A stretch of 64,000 nucleotides of DNA from positions 1,088,001 to 1,152,000 of the forward strand of contig OY970178.1 of assembly GCA_963707915.1 (NCBI GenBank), given 5' to 3'. The DNA comes from Candidatus Eiseniibacteriota bacterium. GTDB lineage: Bacteria > Eisenbacteria > RBG-16-71-46. The translations under genes and the position numbers were made by a program. Shown here one piece after another: positions 1 to 11,509 of this stretch. Under the pieces are notes generated by a model that saw only the letters and a program-made list of their open reading frames with translations, did no database searches and was not told where the DNA came from. Numbering within the stretch: position 1 is the first letter of the stretch; each line of letters starts with the position of its first letter.

Positions 1-1
1 G

Positions 2-736
2 CCGTGGCTGGCGTCCACCGACGAGGGCTGGACCCGCTTCATCCTCGAGACCTACGGCTTCGCGCCGGCCTCGCTCGACAACGCCACCTTGAAGAAGGGC
101 GGCCTGCGCGCGCGCTTCGACGTCATCGTGCTGCCCGACCTCGCCAGGGAGGTCATCGCCACCGGGCGGCCCAAGCGCGACGAGGGCGCGATGACCTACT
201 TCGCGGAGCTGCCGCCCGAGTACCGCGGCGGGCTCGAGGCCGATGGGGCGAAGGCGCTCAAGGAGTTCGTCGAAGCCGGCGGCACGCTGGTGGCGCTCGC
301 CGGCTCGTGCGGCTACGTGACCGAGCAGTTCAACGTCCCCGTGGTCAACACCCTGGCGCGCGCCAGGCCCGACGAATTCGCGTGTCCGGGCTCGCTGCTG
401 CGCGCCCACGTCACCGCCGGGCACCCGGTCACCTGGGGGCTGCCGGACGAGACCGCACTGTTCGTGGACCAACCGATCGCCTTCCAGACCGCGCCGCCGG
501 CGCCCGACGTGAAGCGCTGGGTGCTCGCGAGCTATCCCGACGACCCGCGCGACGTGCTGCTCTCGGGCTGGATCAGCGGCGAGGAGCGCATCGTTCGGCG
601 GGCGGCCGCGGTGGCGATGACCTACGGCCAGGGCCGGCTCGTGCTGCTCGGCTTCCGCGCCCAGAACCGGGCGCAGACCGACGCCACCTTCCCGTTCCTG
701 TTCAACGCGCTCTACTGGTCGGCGATGAAGGAGTAG
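2..736 (+). CDS. C-terminal part of an M14-family zinc carboxypeptidase-like protein with a class I GATase-like domain (5' end outside window)
   Basis: Open frame from base 2 reads PWLASTDEGWTRFILE...FDVIVLPD...GGTLVA...LLSGWISGEE...GRLVLLGFRAQNRAQTDATFPFLFNAL, the typical tail of secreted M14 peptidases. Confidence 0.7.
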   Translation, partial: PWLASTDEGWTRFILETYGFAPASLDNATLKKGGLRARFDVIVLPDLAREVIATGRPKRDEGAMTYFAELPPEYRGGLEADGAKALKEFVEAGGTLVALAGSCGYVTEQFNVPVVNTLARARPDEFACPGSLLRAHVTAGHPVTWGLPDETALFVDQPIAFQTAPPAPDVKRWVLASYPDDPRDVLLSGWISGEERIVRRAAAVAMTYGQGRLVLLGFRAQNRAQTDATFPFLFNALYWSAMKE

Positions 737-1874
737 CGCCTCCGCGGGGGAGATGCCGCCGGGGGCCCGGGAGCGGAACGCTGCGAGACGCTGGAGCCCG
801 GCCTACGTCAGCCCGTAGCGCTTCGCCCGGTTGATGAGCGTCGTGCGCGGCAGGCCGAGGATCCGGGCCGCCTCGGTGCGCGAGCCGCGGGCCTGGGCGA
901 GCGCCTCCCCCATGCGGCGGCGCTCGGCCTGCTCCAGTTCCTCGACCAGCGTCGTCGGGACCTCGGAGTTCTCGAGCTGGAGACTCTCGGGCGTCACCTC
1001 GTGATCTTCCGCACCCAGCAGGACCACGCGCTTGATCACCGAGCGCAACTGGCGGATGTTGCCCGGCCAGGAGTACCCGGCGAGTCGCCGGATCGCGGCG
1101 GGCGACAAGCGCACCTGCCGCTTCGCCGCCGTGCAGGCCTCCTGCAGGAAATGCTCGACCAGCAAGCCGACATCGTCCCCCCGCTGTCGCAGCGGCGGCA
1201 GCACGATCACGGCGTGGGCCAACCGATAGTAGAGGTCGATCCGGAACCCATCGCCCCGCTCGAGCGCGGCGCGCTCGCGATTGGTCGCCGCGATGATCCG
1301 CGTGTCCACGGCGACATTGGAGTTGGAGCCCACGCGCCGGACCTCGCCGGTCTCGAGGAAGCGCAGCAGGCGCGACTGGAGCTCGACCGGCATCTCGGCG
1401 ATCTCGTCGAGGAACGCGGTGCCCTTGTCGCAGACCTCGAACATGCCCGGCTTGTCGCGGCTTGCACCCGTGAACGAGCCCGCCACGTGGCCGAACAGCT
1501 CGCTCTCGATGATCTCCCGCGGCAGCGAACCCGCGTTGATGGCCATGAACGTGCCCTTGCGCAGGGAGAGGGCATGGATGCCCCGCGCGATCAACTCCTT
1601 GCCGGTTCCCGACTCGCCCAGGACCAGCATCGGCGTCTGGCTCGCCGCGAGCTTGGCCACGTCGTCGAGCAGGGCCAGCATGGCCGGGTTGCGCGTGACG
1701 AGCCTGAAGTTCTCGAACGCCCATGCCGCACGGCGGTCGACGTCCGTCGAGCGACGCGGGCGACGCGGCGCGTGCCGCTCGTCGGCCAGGGCCGCGTCGG
1801 CCACCCGCCCGGCGGCTTCGCCGTGCGGCTGCACCTGAACCGCGCCGGGTTCTCCGGAGAGCTCCGGACTTGAG

Positions 1875-3103
<1,229 letters not shown>

Positions 3104-4604
3104 GACTCCATCCTCTCAGGCAATGGAGCCTCCGGGAAACCCGGCGCGGTTCACACCAGCTTCTCGATCCGCGCCTTCGCCTCGGCCAGCTTCGCCTCGG
3201 CGCCCATCCCGTCAAAGTGGTTGCGCGCAGCCTGGTAGGCTTCGAGAGCGCCCTTGCGATCCGCGTAGGCGCCCGAATGCGGCCCCAGCAGCCAGTCCCC
3301 GTAGGCCATCCAGAGCTTGCCCCACTCGTAGGGGGTCGCGATCTCGTCGAAGAAGGCGAAGCCTTCGTCGAACCACTTCCTGGCCTCGTCCGGCCTCCCG
3401 GTGGCACCCGCGCTCAGAGCCATGATTCGATAGGTGGCGGCTTCTTCGTAGCGGTCGCCAACCCTCTGAAAGTGCTCCAGGGCGGACTTAGCTTCGGCGT
3501 AGGCCGCTTCGTGGCGGCCGAGGAGGCAGTAGCACTCCGCTACCCGACGGCGGAGATCAGCAACGACATCGCCCTTCGGGAACACGGCCAGCGCCTTTCG
3601 GTAGACCTCTTCGTACTGAGTCAGTGCCCCGGCCGCATCGCCGTGCTCCAAGGTCACATCACCCAGATACTCGGCGGCGAGGAGTGCCGCTCGCGATTCC
3701 CGGGAAGGCACGTCCCATCCCGGAATCGCTCGACAGAGGTCCGCCGCCAGAGTCCACCTCCCCTGATGCATCAGGGCGGCAGCCTTTATCAGCTTCGCGT
3801 AGGACAGCGCTGATTGGTCCTCCGAATCGCCTCCGCTAGCAATGCACGTGTCAATGATCTGGAGTGCCTTCTCAATACTCCCACGTCTCCAGTGAAGCAT
3901 GGCCACGCCGCGGCGCGCGTGGCTAAGTTGCCTCCGATTGCCAGCTGCTTCGTGAATCTGCAGCGAGGCCTCGCTTGCCTCCATTGCCTCCGCCCATCTG
4001 CAGAACACACGTTCAAGCATGGCGCGGTTTTCGACCGCAATACCCTCACTCGCCTTGTTTCCCGAACGTCGGGCCGACACGAGACCGTCGAGTGCAAGAT
4101 CGCGCGCGGTCTTGAAGTCGCCCAAGATCGTGTGCGCTGCAGAGAGTTGGATTGTGCAATCCGCAAGAAGATGGGAATCCGGTTGCGTGAGCAGGCGCTC
4201 CCTCAACTTGCTCAATCTGCGAATCGCCTCCTCGGGCCGATTAAGTAGCCACAAGCTTGTTCCCTGCAAGAGTCGAACGCGACAGGCAATTTCGGGCAGC
4301 CTCTGTAGGAGTTCAGGGCAACGCGCCTCAGTGGTCTCTGCCAACTCGAGCGCCTCCGCGTAGCGCCCAACGGAATTCAAGACAGCGACCTTTGCTATCT
4401 CCGCTCTCAACACAATCTCTGCAGTCAGGAACTTGCCTAGTGGCTCAAGTGCAGCTAAGAGACTCATAGCTACGCGGGCCTCGCCCGCAGCAATCAAGTC
4501 CTCGCAGAGTCGGATGGCGGATTCAGCCAAGGGCTGCTGCGCCTGCTCCAAAGGCCCTTCCATCAGGAGCTTCATGAGCGAGGCTGCGCGATCAAGCACT
4601 CTGG

Positions 4605-5081
4605 TCATCGCTTCACCCACGGGCGAGGCGCACACGGCGCAACCCACACTCGCGCAGGAAGCAAGGCACTCAGTGCCACAGTGGCCAAGCTGACAGAGAG
4701 ACCGCTGGGGGCAAGAACAGATGGGAACCACACTCGGCGCGGGAGAATGAATCGGGTTGTAGGGGGTACGTCTGGCTCCCCCATCTCCTGCGTCGGCTTC
4801 GGATCTCCTGGCGTGAGCCGCGGCGCGATGATCCTGGCGCCTCCCTCCCGTGGGTCAAAGACCAGCGTCGCGATCAGGAGCAGTGTGGTCACCATCGCCA
4901 CCCCGACACGAGGATGCCCCTTCGCTGGCGCCCTCGGAGCCCTGCCTCCGTGCGAATCCGGCGTCGCTGCCTCCTCCAGATCGGTCCCGAAGAACGCAAA
5001 ACGGCCCTGCGCCGACGGCAAGGGGCCATCAGCGTAGGGCCGGGGGCAAGTCTCGGTTCGGAACGGAGGGGGTGCGGCCAT
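4605..5081 (-). CDS. Small hypothetical exported peptide precursor (start uncertain: ATG 5081, ACG 4964 or an internal GTG/ATG)
   Basis: Basic stretch, hydrophobic VGVAMVTTLLLIATLVF, possible cleavage after EGGA, Pro/acidic core PGDPKPTQEMGEPDVPP, hydrophobic tail. TGA overlaps the ATG of the TPR activator (ATGA, 4605-4608). Confidence 0.55.
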   Translation of the reverse strand: MAAPPPFRTETCPRPYADGPLPSAQGRFAFFGTDLEEAATPDSHGGRAPRAPAKGHPRVGVAMVTTLLLIATLVFDPREGGARIIAPRLTPGDPKPTQEMGEPDVPPTTRFILPRRVWFPSVLAPSGLSVSLATVALSALLPARVWVAPCAPRPWVKR

Positions 5082-5116
5082 GAGAATCCCGATCCAGACT
5101 ACCGGTTCACCTGACG
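4990..5116 (-). ncRNA. Putative structured leader or small RNA (long hairpin followed by intrinsic terminator)
   Basis: Starts about 6 nt after a -10 box. Pairings CGUCAG/CUGAUG, CCGG/CCGG, AGUCU/AGACU and GGAUCGGGAU/GUUCCGAACC close a loop containing CCCCCUCC; then a GC hairpin and GUUUUGCGUUCUU. Confidence 0.55.
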
Positions 5117-5122
5117 CATATG

Positions 5123-5151
5123 AGCCTAGGCTGGCGATGCCGACCGGTCAA
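5123..5151 (-). promoter_or_regulatory. sigma70-type promoter for the leader/peptide/TPR-activator transcript
   Basis: TTGACC-17 nt-TAGGCT on the minus strand. Confidence 0.75.
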
Positions 5152-5190
5152 GCCCCATTTCATCCGCTGCGCACCGCACTCCCATATGCC

Positions 5191-5222
5191 AAAGAGGCCA
5201 GCCCGTGCGGGGCTGGCCTCTT
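5191..5222 (-). terminator. Intrinsic terminator after the M16 peptidase pair
   Basis: Perfect 13 bp stem AAGAGGCCAGCCC/GGGCTGGCCTCTT with 5 nt loop, ending in TTT on the minus strand, 33 nt after the stop. Confidence 0.8.
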
Positions 5223-5255
5223 CGATCCGGGCCTCCCGGGCCCTGCGTCCCTTCC

Positions 5256-7415
5256 CTACTTCGCCGCCGGCTTCTTGAACAGGTCGTCCGCCAGCGTGGG
5301 ATTCAGCGTCACGTTCGTGACCTTGGCATCCATCACCGGCTTGTCGTCCAGGAGCGTCTTCTCGCTGTGCGGGTACTGGATGTTGCCGACCGGCTTCCAG
5401 TCGCCGAAGACCACCGTGGTCTTCGCCGGTCCGCCGCCCATGCCCTCCCCCATGTACTCCATGCGGGCGATCGCGCCGTTGGGGGCGAAGTAGAGCAGCC
5501 AGTCCCGCGTCGTCTCGCTCTTGACCAACGCCACGCTGCAGGTCAGGCCGTCCACCGTCTTCGGCTCGTCCAGCGCCTGCACCTGGTAGGCGGCGGGCTC
5601 GGCGAACAGCCGGAAGAACGAGCGTTCGTACTGCTTCTTCAACTCCTCGCCTGCCTTGGGCTCGTCGCGCAGCTGGCCCATGCCGGCCATCCAGCCGCTG
5701 GTCCCGTCGAAGCCCTGCGAGAACTCGCCCATGGCGAGCTTGCGCGTGGCGAGGACGCGGTCGGGCAGCCGCCACTGCGTCACGCTGGTCATCGCCATGG
5801 ACTGCCCCTGCATCGTGATGACCTCATCCTGGTTGAGGCCGATGCTCTTGACCGCCGCCCAGGCCGCGCTACCGCCCGCCAGGCCGGCGGCCTTGGTGAG
5901 CAGCGACTGGCCCTTCGCCAGCGCCTCCGGACCGGCCTCGCCGACCGGCAGCGCCAGCTTCGAAGCCGGCGGCGGGATGCTGATGTCGGCGCGCTCGACC
6001 GGCAGGCCCATGCTCTCGAGCGGCTTCTCGAACTCCTTCTCCTTCCCCACCACCACGGCCACGAACTCCGCGGGGCGGATCTTGCGCTTCGCCGCCTCGA
6101 GCACGGTGGTCGCGTTCACGTCCTCGAGCGCCTTCTGGTAGCGCTCAAGGAAGTCGAGCGGGTAGCCGGTCATCTCGTAGAACGCCGAGCGGAACAGGAT
6201 CGCCGAGGGCTCGGCGAAGCTGAACACCAGGCTGTTCACCACGGACTCCTTGGCCACCTTGAGCTCGGCGTCGGTGAACGGCTCCTCGGTCACCCGGGTG
6301 GTCTCCTGCCGCAGCAGGTCGAGCGCGGTGAGGGCCGAGTCGGTGCGGGTGAGCGAGTAGGCCAGGAACACGCCGGGCCGCGCGAAATCGGCACCGGCCG
6401 CCGCGCCGGCCGAGTAGGCGAGCCCGCGCTCGGTGCGGATCTTGTTGACCAGCCGCGACTGGAAACCGCCGCCCAGGGCCATCTCGCAGACGGTCATCGA
6501 GGCGTAGTCGCGGTCGTCGGCGCGGAAGCCCAGGTGCGAGATGATGATGCCGGACTGGGTGACGTCCTCCTTCGGCGCGAACACCAGCCGGGCCTTGGCG
6601 ACGCCAGGCAACGGCGCCGGCGGCACCGGCGCGGCATCGCCCTTCTTCCAGTCGCCGAACTTCGCGGCCAGCAACTTCTTCATCTCGGCGGACTTGAAGT
6701 CGCCGTAGACCGCCACCACCATCCGGTTGGGCTGGAAGATGCGCGCGTGGAGCTTCTGGCAGTCCTCGCGCCCGATGGCCTCGACGGTGGCGTACTCCGG
6801 CTTGCGCGCGTAGGGGTTGTCCTTGCCGTAGACCGACTCGGTCGAGACGCGGATCAGGATCGGGATCATCTCGTCGTTGCGGCTGGCGATGCCCTGCCGC
6901 AGGCCGACCTTGGACAGTTCGATCTTGTCCTTGGGGAAGTCGGGCGAGCGCAGCACCTCGGCGAACAGCGAGAGGACCTCGGCGGTGTTGTCGGCCAGGC
7001 AGCGGAAGCTGCCGCTGGCCTGGTCGTTCGACACGCTGGTCGAGATCGAGGCCCCGATGGCCGCCATCCGGTCGTCGAGCCAGTCGCCGCTGTGCGCGGC
7101 GCTGCCGCCGCTGCGGATGACCTCGCCGGCCAGGTCGCCGAGCCCGGCCTTGTCCGCCGGGATCCACAGCGGGCTGGACTTGAACAGCGCCCGCGCCCGC
7201 ACGACCGGCAGGTCGTGGTTCTCGAGCAGGAAGACCACGACGCCGTTGGGCATCAGGTAGCGCTCGGGCTGGGGCGCCTGCACGCGGCGCAGCTTCTCGG
7301 TCTTGAGCTGCTTCGGGTCGAACTTGGCGTCGTCCTGCGCTCGCGCGGGGCTCACCGCGACGAGCGCGAGCAGGCCCAGAAGGGCCACGCGGAACATCGT
7401 GCGTGCGGTCGTCAT
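5256..7415 (-). CDS. Exported M16B (pitrilysin/insulinase) peptidase, non-catalytic subunit, with an extra C-terminal domain
   Basis: Signal peptide; PNGVVVFLLENHDLPVV, LGGGFQSRLVNKIRTERGLAYS; no HXXEH; extra C-terminal region of about 220 aa. Confidence 0.85.
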   Translation of the reverse strand: MTTARTMFRVALLGLLALVAVSPARAQDDAKFDPKQLKTEKLRRVQAPQPERYLMPNGVVVFLLENHDLPVVRARALFKSSPLWIPADKAGLGDLAGEVIRSGGSAAHSGDWLDDRMAAIGASISTSVSNDQASGSFRCLADNTAEVLSLFAEVLRSPDFPKDKIELSKVGLRQGIASRNDEMIPILIRVSTESVYGKDNPYARKPEYATVEAIGREDCQKLHARIFQPNRMVVAVYGDFKSAEMKKLLAAKFGDWKKGDAAPVPPAPLPGVAKARLVFAPKEDVTQSGIIISHLGFRADDRDYASMTVCEMALGGGFQSRLVNKIRTERGLAYSAGAAAGADFARPGVFLAYSLTRTDSALTALDLLRQETTRVTEEPFTDAELKVAKESVVNSLVFSFAEPSAILFRSAFYEMTGYPLDFLERYQKALEDVNATTVLEAAKRKIRPAEFVAVVVGKEKEFEKPLESMGLPVERADISIPPPASKLALPVGEAGPEALAKGQSLLTKAAGLAGGSAAWAAVKSIGLNQDEVITMQGQSMAMTSVTQWRLPDRVLATRKLAMGEFSQGFDGTSGWMAGMGQLRDEPKAGEELKKQYERSFFRLFAEPAAYQVQALDEPKTVDGLTCSVALVKSETTRDWLLYFAPNGAIARMEYMGEGMGGGPAKTTVVFGDWKPVGNIQYPHSEKTLLDDKPVMDAKVTNVTLNPTLADDLFKKPAAK

Positions 7416-7417
7416 GG

Positions 7418-9031
7418 TCAGCGCCCTCCCTCGTTCGAGGCCTGTTGCGGCGGGTTCACGATGAGTCCGACGGTCCGGTTGCCCTTCACCAGCGAGCGCT
7501 TCGCCGCCGCCAGCAGGTCGTCCACCTGGAGCGCCTGCACGCGCTCCTGCTCGCGGAAGAACTCCCGCCAGTCGCCCTGCAGGACCTGCGCGCGCGAGAG
7601 CGCGTCGGTCAGGCTCGAGTTCCCTTCGGCCCGGCCGATGTTCCGCGCCCGCACGCGGACCTTGTAGCCGTCGAGCTCGGCGGCGGTGAACGGGCTCACG
7701 GTCAGCACGCTGTCGATGACGTCGTAGACCGCCTGCTCGACCCGGAGCGGGTCCTGTCCGGTCGCGGGCACCACCAGGATGCCCAGCATGCTCGCGTACT
7801 TGTCGCCGGGAAGGCCGGCGAAGGCCTGCAGTTGCACGGCGACCTTGCGCTCCTTCACCAGCGCCTTGTTGAGCCGCGCCCAGTCACCGCCGCCCAGCAG
7901 GCTGGCGAGCGCCTCGTACGCCGGGTAGCGCGGGTCGTTCCCGGCCGGGATGTGCCAGCCGATCATGATCATGGGCTGCGCCGGGTCCTCGAAGATGACG
8001 CGGCGCTCGGCCTGCTGCTCGGGCTCCTGGGTGACCACCGGCGGCGGTGCCGGGGCGTCGGAGATCCCGCCGAAGTACTTGGCGCCGAGCGCCTGCAACT
8101 CCGGCACGGTGACGTCGCCCACCACCGCGACCGCCATGTTCTTCGCCATGTAGTGGTCGCGGAAGAACGCCTCGGCCTGCGTGCGGCTGAAGCTCTTCAG
8201 GTCCGACGGGAAGCCGATGACGCCGGTCTTGTAGGGATGCGCCACGTACGCGGTGTTGAGGAAGCCCATGAAGAGCCGCCCGATCGGCGAGGACTCCACC
8301 CCCATGCGGCGCTCCTCGTAGATGACGTCGCGCTCCTTGTAGAACTCGCGGAGCACGGGGCGCGACATCCGGCCGCCCTCCATCAGCGCCCACAGCTCGA
8401 CCCGGTTCGAGGGCAGCGAATAGAAGTAGCGCGTGACGTCGTCGCTGGTCTCCGCGTTCATGTCGGGAGCGCCCGCGCCCTCGATGATGCGCGAGAACTC
8501 GTTGGCCTCGACCAGCGCGCGTGCGGCCTCCTGCGCCTCGCCGAACGCCTTTTGCAACGCGGCCAGCCGCGTGGAGTCGGCCTTGAGACCCTTGAGGCGC
8601 TCGCCCAGCAGCGCCCGGTAGGCGGTCTCCTCGGCGTCCAGCAGCGGCTTCTCCTTCGCCCAGTCCTTGGTCCCCACCACCGCGGTGCCCTTGAAGGCCA
8701 TGTGCTCCATCATGTGGGCGATGCCGGTCTGCCCGACCTGCTCGTCCGCGCCGCCGGCGTTCACCACGGTCTGGAACGAGAAGACCGGCGCGTTGTGCCG
8801 CTCGACGACGATGAACTTGAGGCCGTTCGCCAGCGTGAACTCCTTGACCTGCTTCTCGAGGTTCTCGAGGCCGGTCTTCGCCGGGGCCGCAGGCGTCGTG
8901 GCCGGCGACTTGCCGGGCGCGGTCTTCGAGGCGGCGGCCGCGGAGCTGGCGAGCGCGGCGGCGAGCGCGAGCGTGAGCAGCCACGTGAGCGTCCGGCGTG
9001 ACGCGCGGCGCGGCAGGGTCGAGGCGGGCAT
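7418..9031 (-). CDS. Exported M16B zinc peptidase, catalytic subunit
   Basis: Signal peptide from ATG 9031 (GGAGG upstream); LANGLKFIVVE, GIAHMMEHMAFKGT (HXXEH), NAETSDD, EERRM. Confidence 0.9.
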   Translation of the reverse strand: MPASTLPRRASRRTLTWLLTLALAAALASSAAAASKTAPGKSPATTPAAPAKTGLENLEKQVKEFTLANGLKFIVVERHNAPVFSFQTVVNAGGADEQVGQTGIAHMMEHMAFKGTAVVGTKDWAKEKPLLDAEETAYRALLGERLKGLKADSTRLAALQKAFGEAQEAARALVEANEFSRIIEGAGAPDMNAETSDDVTRYFYSLPSNRVELWALMEGGRMSRPVLREFYKERDVIYEERRMGVESSPIGRLFMGFLNTAYVAHPYKTGVIGFPSDLKSFSRTQAEAFFRDHYMAKNMAVAVVGDVTVPELQALGAKYFGGISDAPAPPPVVTQEPEQQAERRVIFEDPAQPMIMIGWHIPAGNDPRYPAYEALASLLGGGDWARLNKALVKERKVAVQLQAFAGLPGDKYASMLGILVVPATGQDPLRVEQAVYDVIDSVLTVSPFTAAELDGYKVRVRARNIGRAEGNSSLTDALSRAQVLQGDWREFFREQERVQALQVDDLLAAAKRSLVKGNRTVGLIVNPPQQASNEGGR

Positions 9032-9291
9032 GGGGTGGGTCCCTCCAGTGGAGATCGTGGAACGGGGGTCCGGGGACTGAAGCCGCCGTACTATCGCACA
9101 GCCGGAGCGGCGGCCAAAGGGCGGCACCGGCGGCTCCCCGCCGCCGTCCGGCACTCCGTCGGCCACGGGTCGCGCGGCTCCCGGCCGCGGCCGGACCGTC
9201 GGCCGCACGGCGGCCCGCCCGGCGCCGGCGGTAGGCGTGCGAAGGGGCCGGCGCAGGATCCCGCGCCGGCCCCGGTGCCGCGACGGCCCGG

Positions 9292-10437
9292 CTACACGCT
9301 GCGCGCCAGCAGCTGCGCCTTGTCCGTCTTCTCCCAGGTGAACGACGGCTCGGAGCGGCCGAAGTGGCCGTAGGCCGCGGTCAGCCGGTAGATCGGCCGG
9401 CGCAGCTTGAGGGTCGTGATGAGGCCCATGGGCGAGAGGTCGAAGTGCTTGCGGACCAGGTCCGTGAAGCGCTTGTCGCTCACCTTCCCCGTGCCCTTGG
9501 TATCCACCATGATGCTCACCGGCTCGGCGATGCCGATGGCGTACGCGATCTGCACCTCGGCGCGGTCGCACAGGCCGCTCGCCACCAGGTTCTTGGCGAC
9601 GTAGCGCGCGCCATAGGCGGCCGAACGGTCCACCTTGCTGGGGTCCTTGCCGGAGAGCGCGCCGCCGCCGTGGCTGCCCACGCCACCGTAGGTGTCCACG
9701 ATGATCTTGCGCCCGGTGAGCCCGGTGTCGGCCATCGGGCCGCCCTTGACGAACGAGCCGGTCGGGTTGATGTAGAACTTGGGCTTGCGATCGCGCTTGA
9801 GGAGCCGCTTGGGCAGCACCGGCGTCACCACCTTCTCGATGATGTCGCGCTCGATCACCGCGTGCTTGATGCCCTCCGCGTGCTGGCTCGAGACCACCAC
9901 GGTGTCCACCCGCAGCGGCTTGCCGTCCTCGTACTCGATCGTGACCTGCGACTTCCCGTCGGGGCGCAGGTAGGGGATGGTGCCGTTGCGGCGCACCTGC
10001 GCGAGCCGCCGGGTGATGGCGTGCGCGAGCATGATGGGCAGGGGCATCAACTGCGGGGTCTCGCGGCAGGCGAAGCCGAACATCAGGCCCTGGTCGCCGG
10101 CCCCGCCCTTGTCCACGCCCATGGCGATGTCGGGCGACTGGTCGTCGATGGCCGTGATCACCGCGCAGGTGTGGCTGTCGAAGCCGAACTCGGCGCTGTC
10201 GTAGCCGATCTCGCCGATCACCCGGCGCACCAGCGAGGGGATCTCGACGTAGCCGCGGCTGGTGATCTCCCCCGCCACGAAGGCGAGCCCGGTGGTGACC
10301 AGGACCTCGCAGGCCACGCGGCTCGTCTTGTCCTGCGCGATCAGCGCGTCCAGCACCGAGTCGGAGATCTGGTCGGCGATCTTGTCGGGGTGGCCTTCGG
10401 TGACGGACTCGGAGGTGAACAGGTGACGAGCGCCCAT
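9292..10437 (-). CDS. metK: S-adenosylmethionine synthetase
   Basis: [52 protein letters not shown]. Confidence 0.98.
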   Translation of the reverse strand: MGARHLFTSESVTEGHPDKIADQISDSVLDALIAQDKTSRVACEVLVTTGLAFVAGEITSRGYVEIPSLVRRVIGEIGYDSAEFGFDSHTCAVITAIDDQSPDIAMGVDKGGAGDQGLMFGFACRETPQLMPLPIMLAHAITRRLAQVRRNGTIPYLRPDGKSQVTIEYEDGKPLRVDTVVVSSQHAEGIKHAVIERDIIEKVVTPVLPKRLLKRDRKPKFYINPTGSFVKGGPMADTGLTGRKIIVDTYGGVGSHGGGALSGKDPSKVDRSAAYGARYVAKNLVASGLCDRAEVQIAYAIGIAEPVSIMVDTKGTGKVSDKRFTDLVRKHFDLSPMGLITTLKLRRPIYRLTAAYGHFGRSEPSFTWEKTDKAQLLARSV

Positions 10438-10516
10438 GGGAACGTTCTCCAGAAGTGTGGATCGGGTGTGCGTGGATCGCGTGTGCCGGGGCCACCGGGC
10501 GCCCGGGGTGAGGCTG

Positions 10517-11509
10517 CTAGGTGAAGTCCACTTCGCTCGAGTCGCCGACGTTGACGCGGCGGTAGCCGCCGCGGACCACCGCGTTGACGCCTACGACCGA
10601 GCTCTCGAGCATGATGTCCTCGACCGTGGCGTTCTCGTTGATGATGGAATCGCGCACCACCGCGTGCCGCAACTGGGCCCCGGCCGCGACCGAGACATGG
10701 GGCCCGATGATGCAGTTCTCGACGACGGCGTCCTCCGCGATGCAGACCGGCGGGTGCACCAGCGAGCCGGGGATGGTGGTGGCACCGTCGCACTTCCCGA
10801 GCAGCACGCGGTTGGTCTCGAGCAGGGTCTCGGTCTTGCCGCAGTCGTACCAGCCCTCGACCGGGAAGGTGGTGATGACCTCGCCGCGCGAGACCAGCAG
10901 CTGCATGGCGTCGGTGAGCTGGAACTCGCCCTTGGTGCGCATCCCGAGGCGCTGGAGCTCGGCCAGGGCGTCGAACAGTGGCCCGCCGCGGTCGAAGTAG
11001 TAGATGCCGGTGATGGCGAGGTTCGAGGTCGGCTCTTCGGGCTTCTCGACCAGGCGCGTCACCCGGCCGGCGGGGTTGCACTCCACGATGCCGAAGCGGC
11101 GCGGGTCCTGCACCGCCTTCACGCCGATGCTGTTCACCCCGCCGGCCAGCACCGGCCGCAGGTCCACCTCGAAGATGGTGTCCCCGAGGATGATGAGCAC
11201 CCGCCCACCGGCGGCGGAGGGCGCGGCCAGCGAGACGGCGTGGCCCAGCCCCATCGGCTCGGCCTGCTCGACGTAGGTGACCTCGAGGTTCCGGTAGCGG
11301 GCGTCCACGTACTCGCGCACCAGGTCGCCCATGTAGCCGACGATCAGGACGGCGCGCCGGATGCCCAGCCCGGGCAGGTCGTCGAGGATGTGCGCGAGGA
11401 TGGGCTTGCCGGCCACGTGCAGCAGCACCTTGGGCAGCGTGTGCGTGTGCGGCCGCAGGCGCGTGCCCACGCCGGCCACCGGGATGACCGCAACGATGTC
11501 GGACGTCAC
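10517..11509 (-). CDS. Sugar-1-phosphate nucleotidyltransferase (glucose-1-phosphate thymidylyltransferase-like) with left-handed beta-helix tail
   Basis: [40 protein letters not shown] start overlaps upstream stop. Confidence 0.88.
   Translation of the reverse strand: MTSDIVAVIPVAGVGTRLRPHTHTLPKVLLHVAGKPILAHILDDLPGLGIRRAVLIVGYMGDLVREYVDARYRNLEVTYVEQAEPMGLGHAVSLAAPSAAGGRVLIILGDTIFEVDLRPVLAGGVNSIGVKAVQDPRRFGIVECNPAGRVTRLVEKPEEPTSNLAITGIYYFDRGGPLFDALAELQRLGMRTKGEFQLTDAMQLLVSRGEVITTFPVEGWYDCGKTETLLETNRVLLGKCDGATTIPGSLVHPPVCIAEDAVVENCIIGPHVSVAAGAQLRHAVVRDSIINENATVEDIMLESSVVGVNAVVRGGYRRVNVGDSSEVDFT

Noticed and set aside
4609..4731. Cys-rich N-terminal extension of the 526 aa ORF (CSC...CGTEC...CAVC)
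   Set aside because: It overlaps the upstream small ORF in another frame; ATG 4608 with the ATGA overlap is the more credible start.
4990..5116. Leader hairpin as SRP RNA, 6S RNA or tmRNA
   Set aside because: It lacks the SRP helix-8 motif and tRNA-like ends, and is much shorter than a typical 6S RNA. An Rfam scan is still needed.
9032..10495. N-terminal extension of the 1025 aa ORF 7418-10495
   Set aside because: It overlaps metK in another frame and is Arg/Gly/Pro-rich shadow sequence; the real gene starts at ATG 9031 with an RBS and signal peptide.
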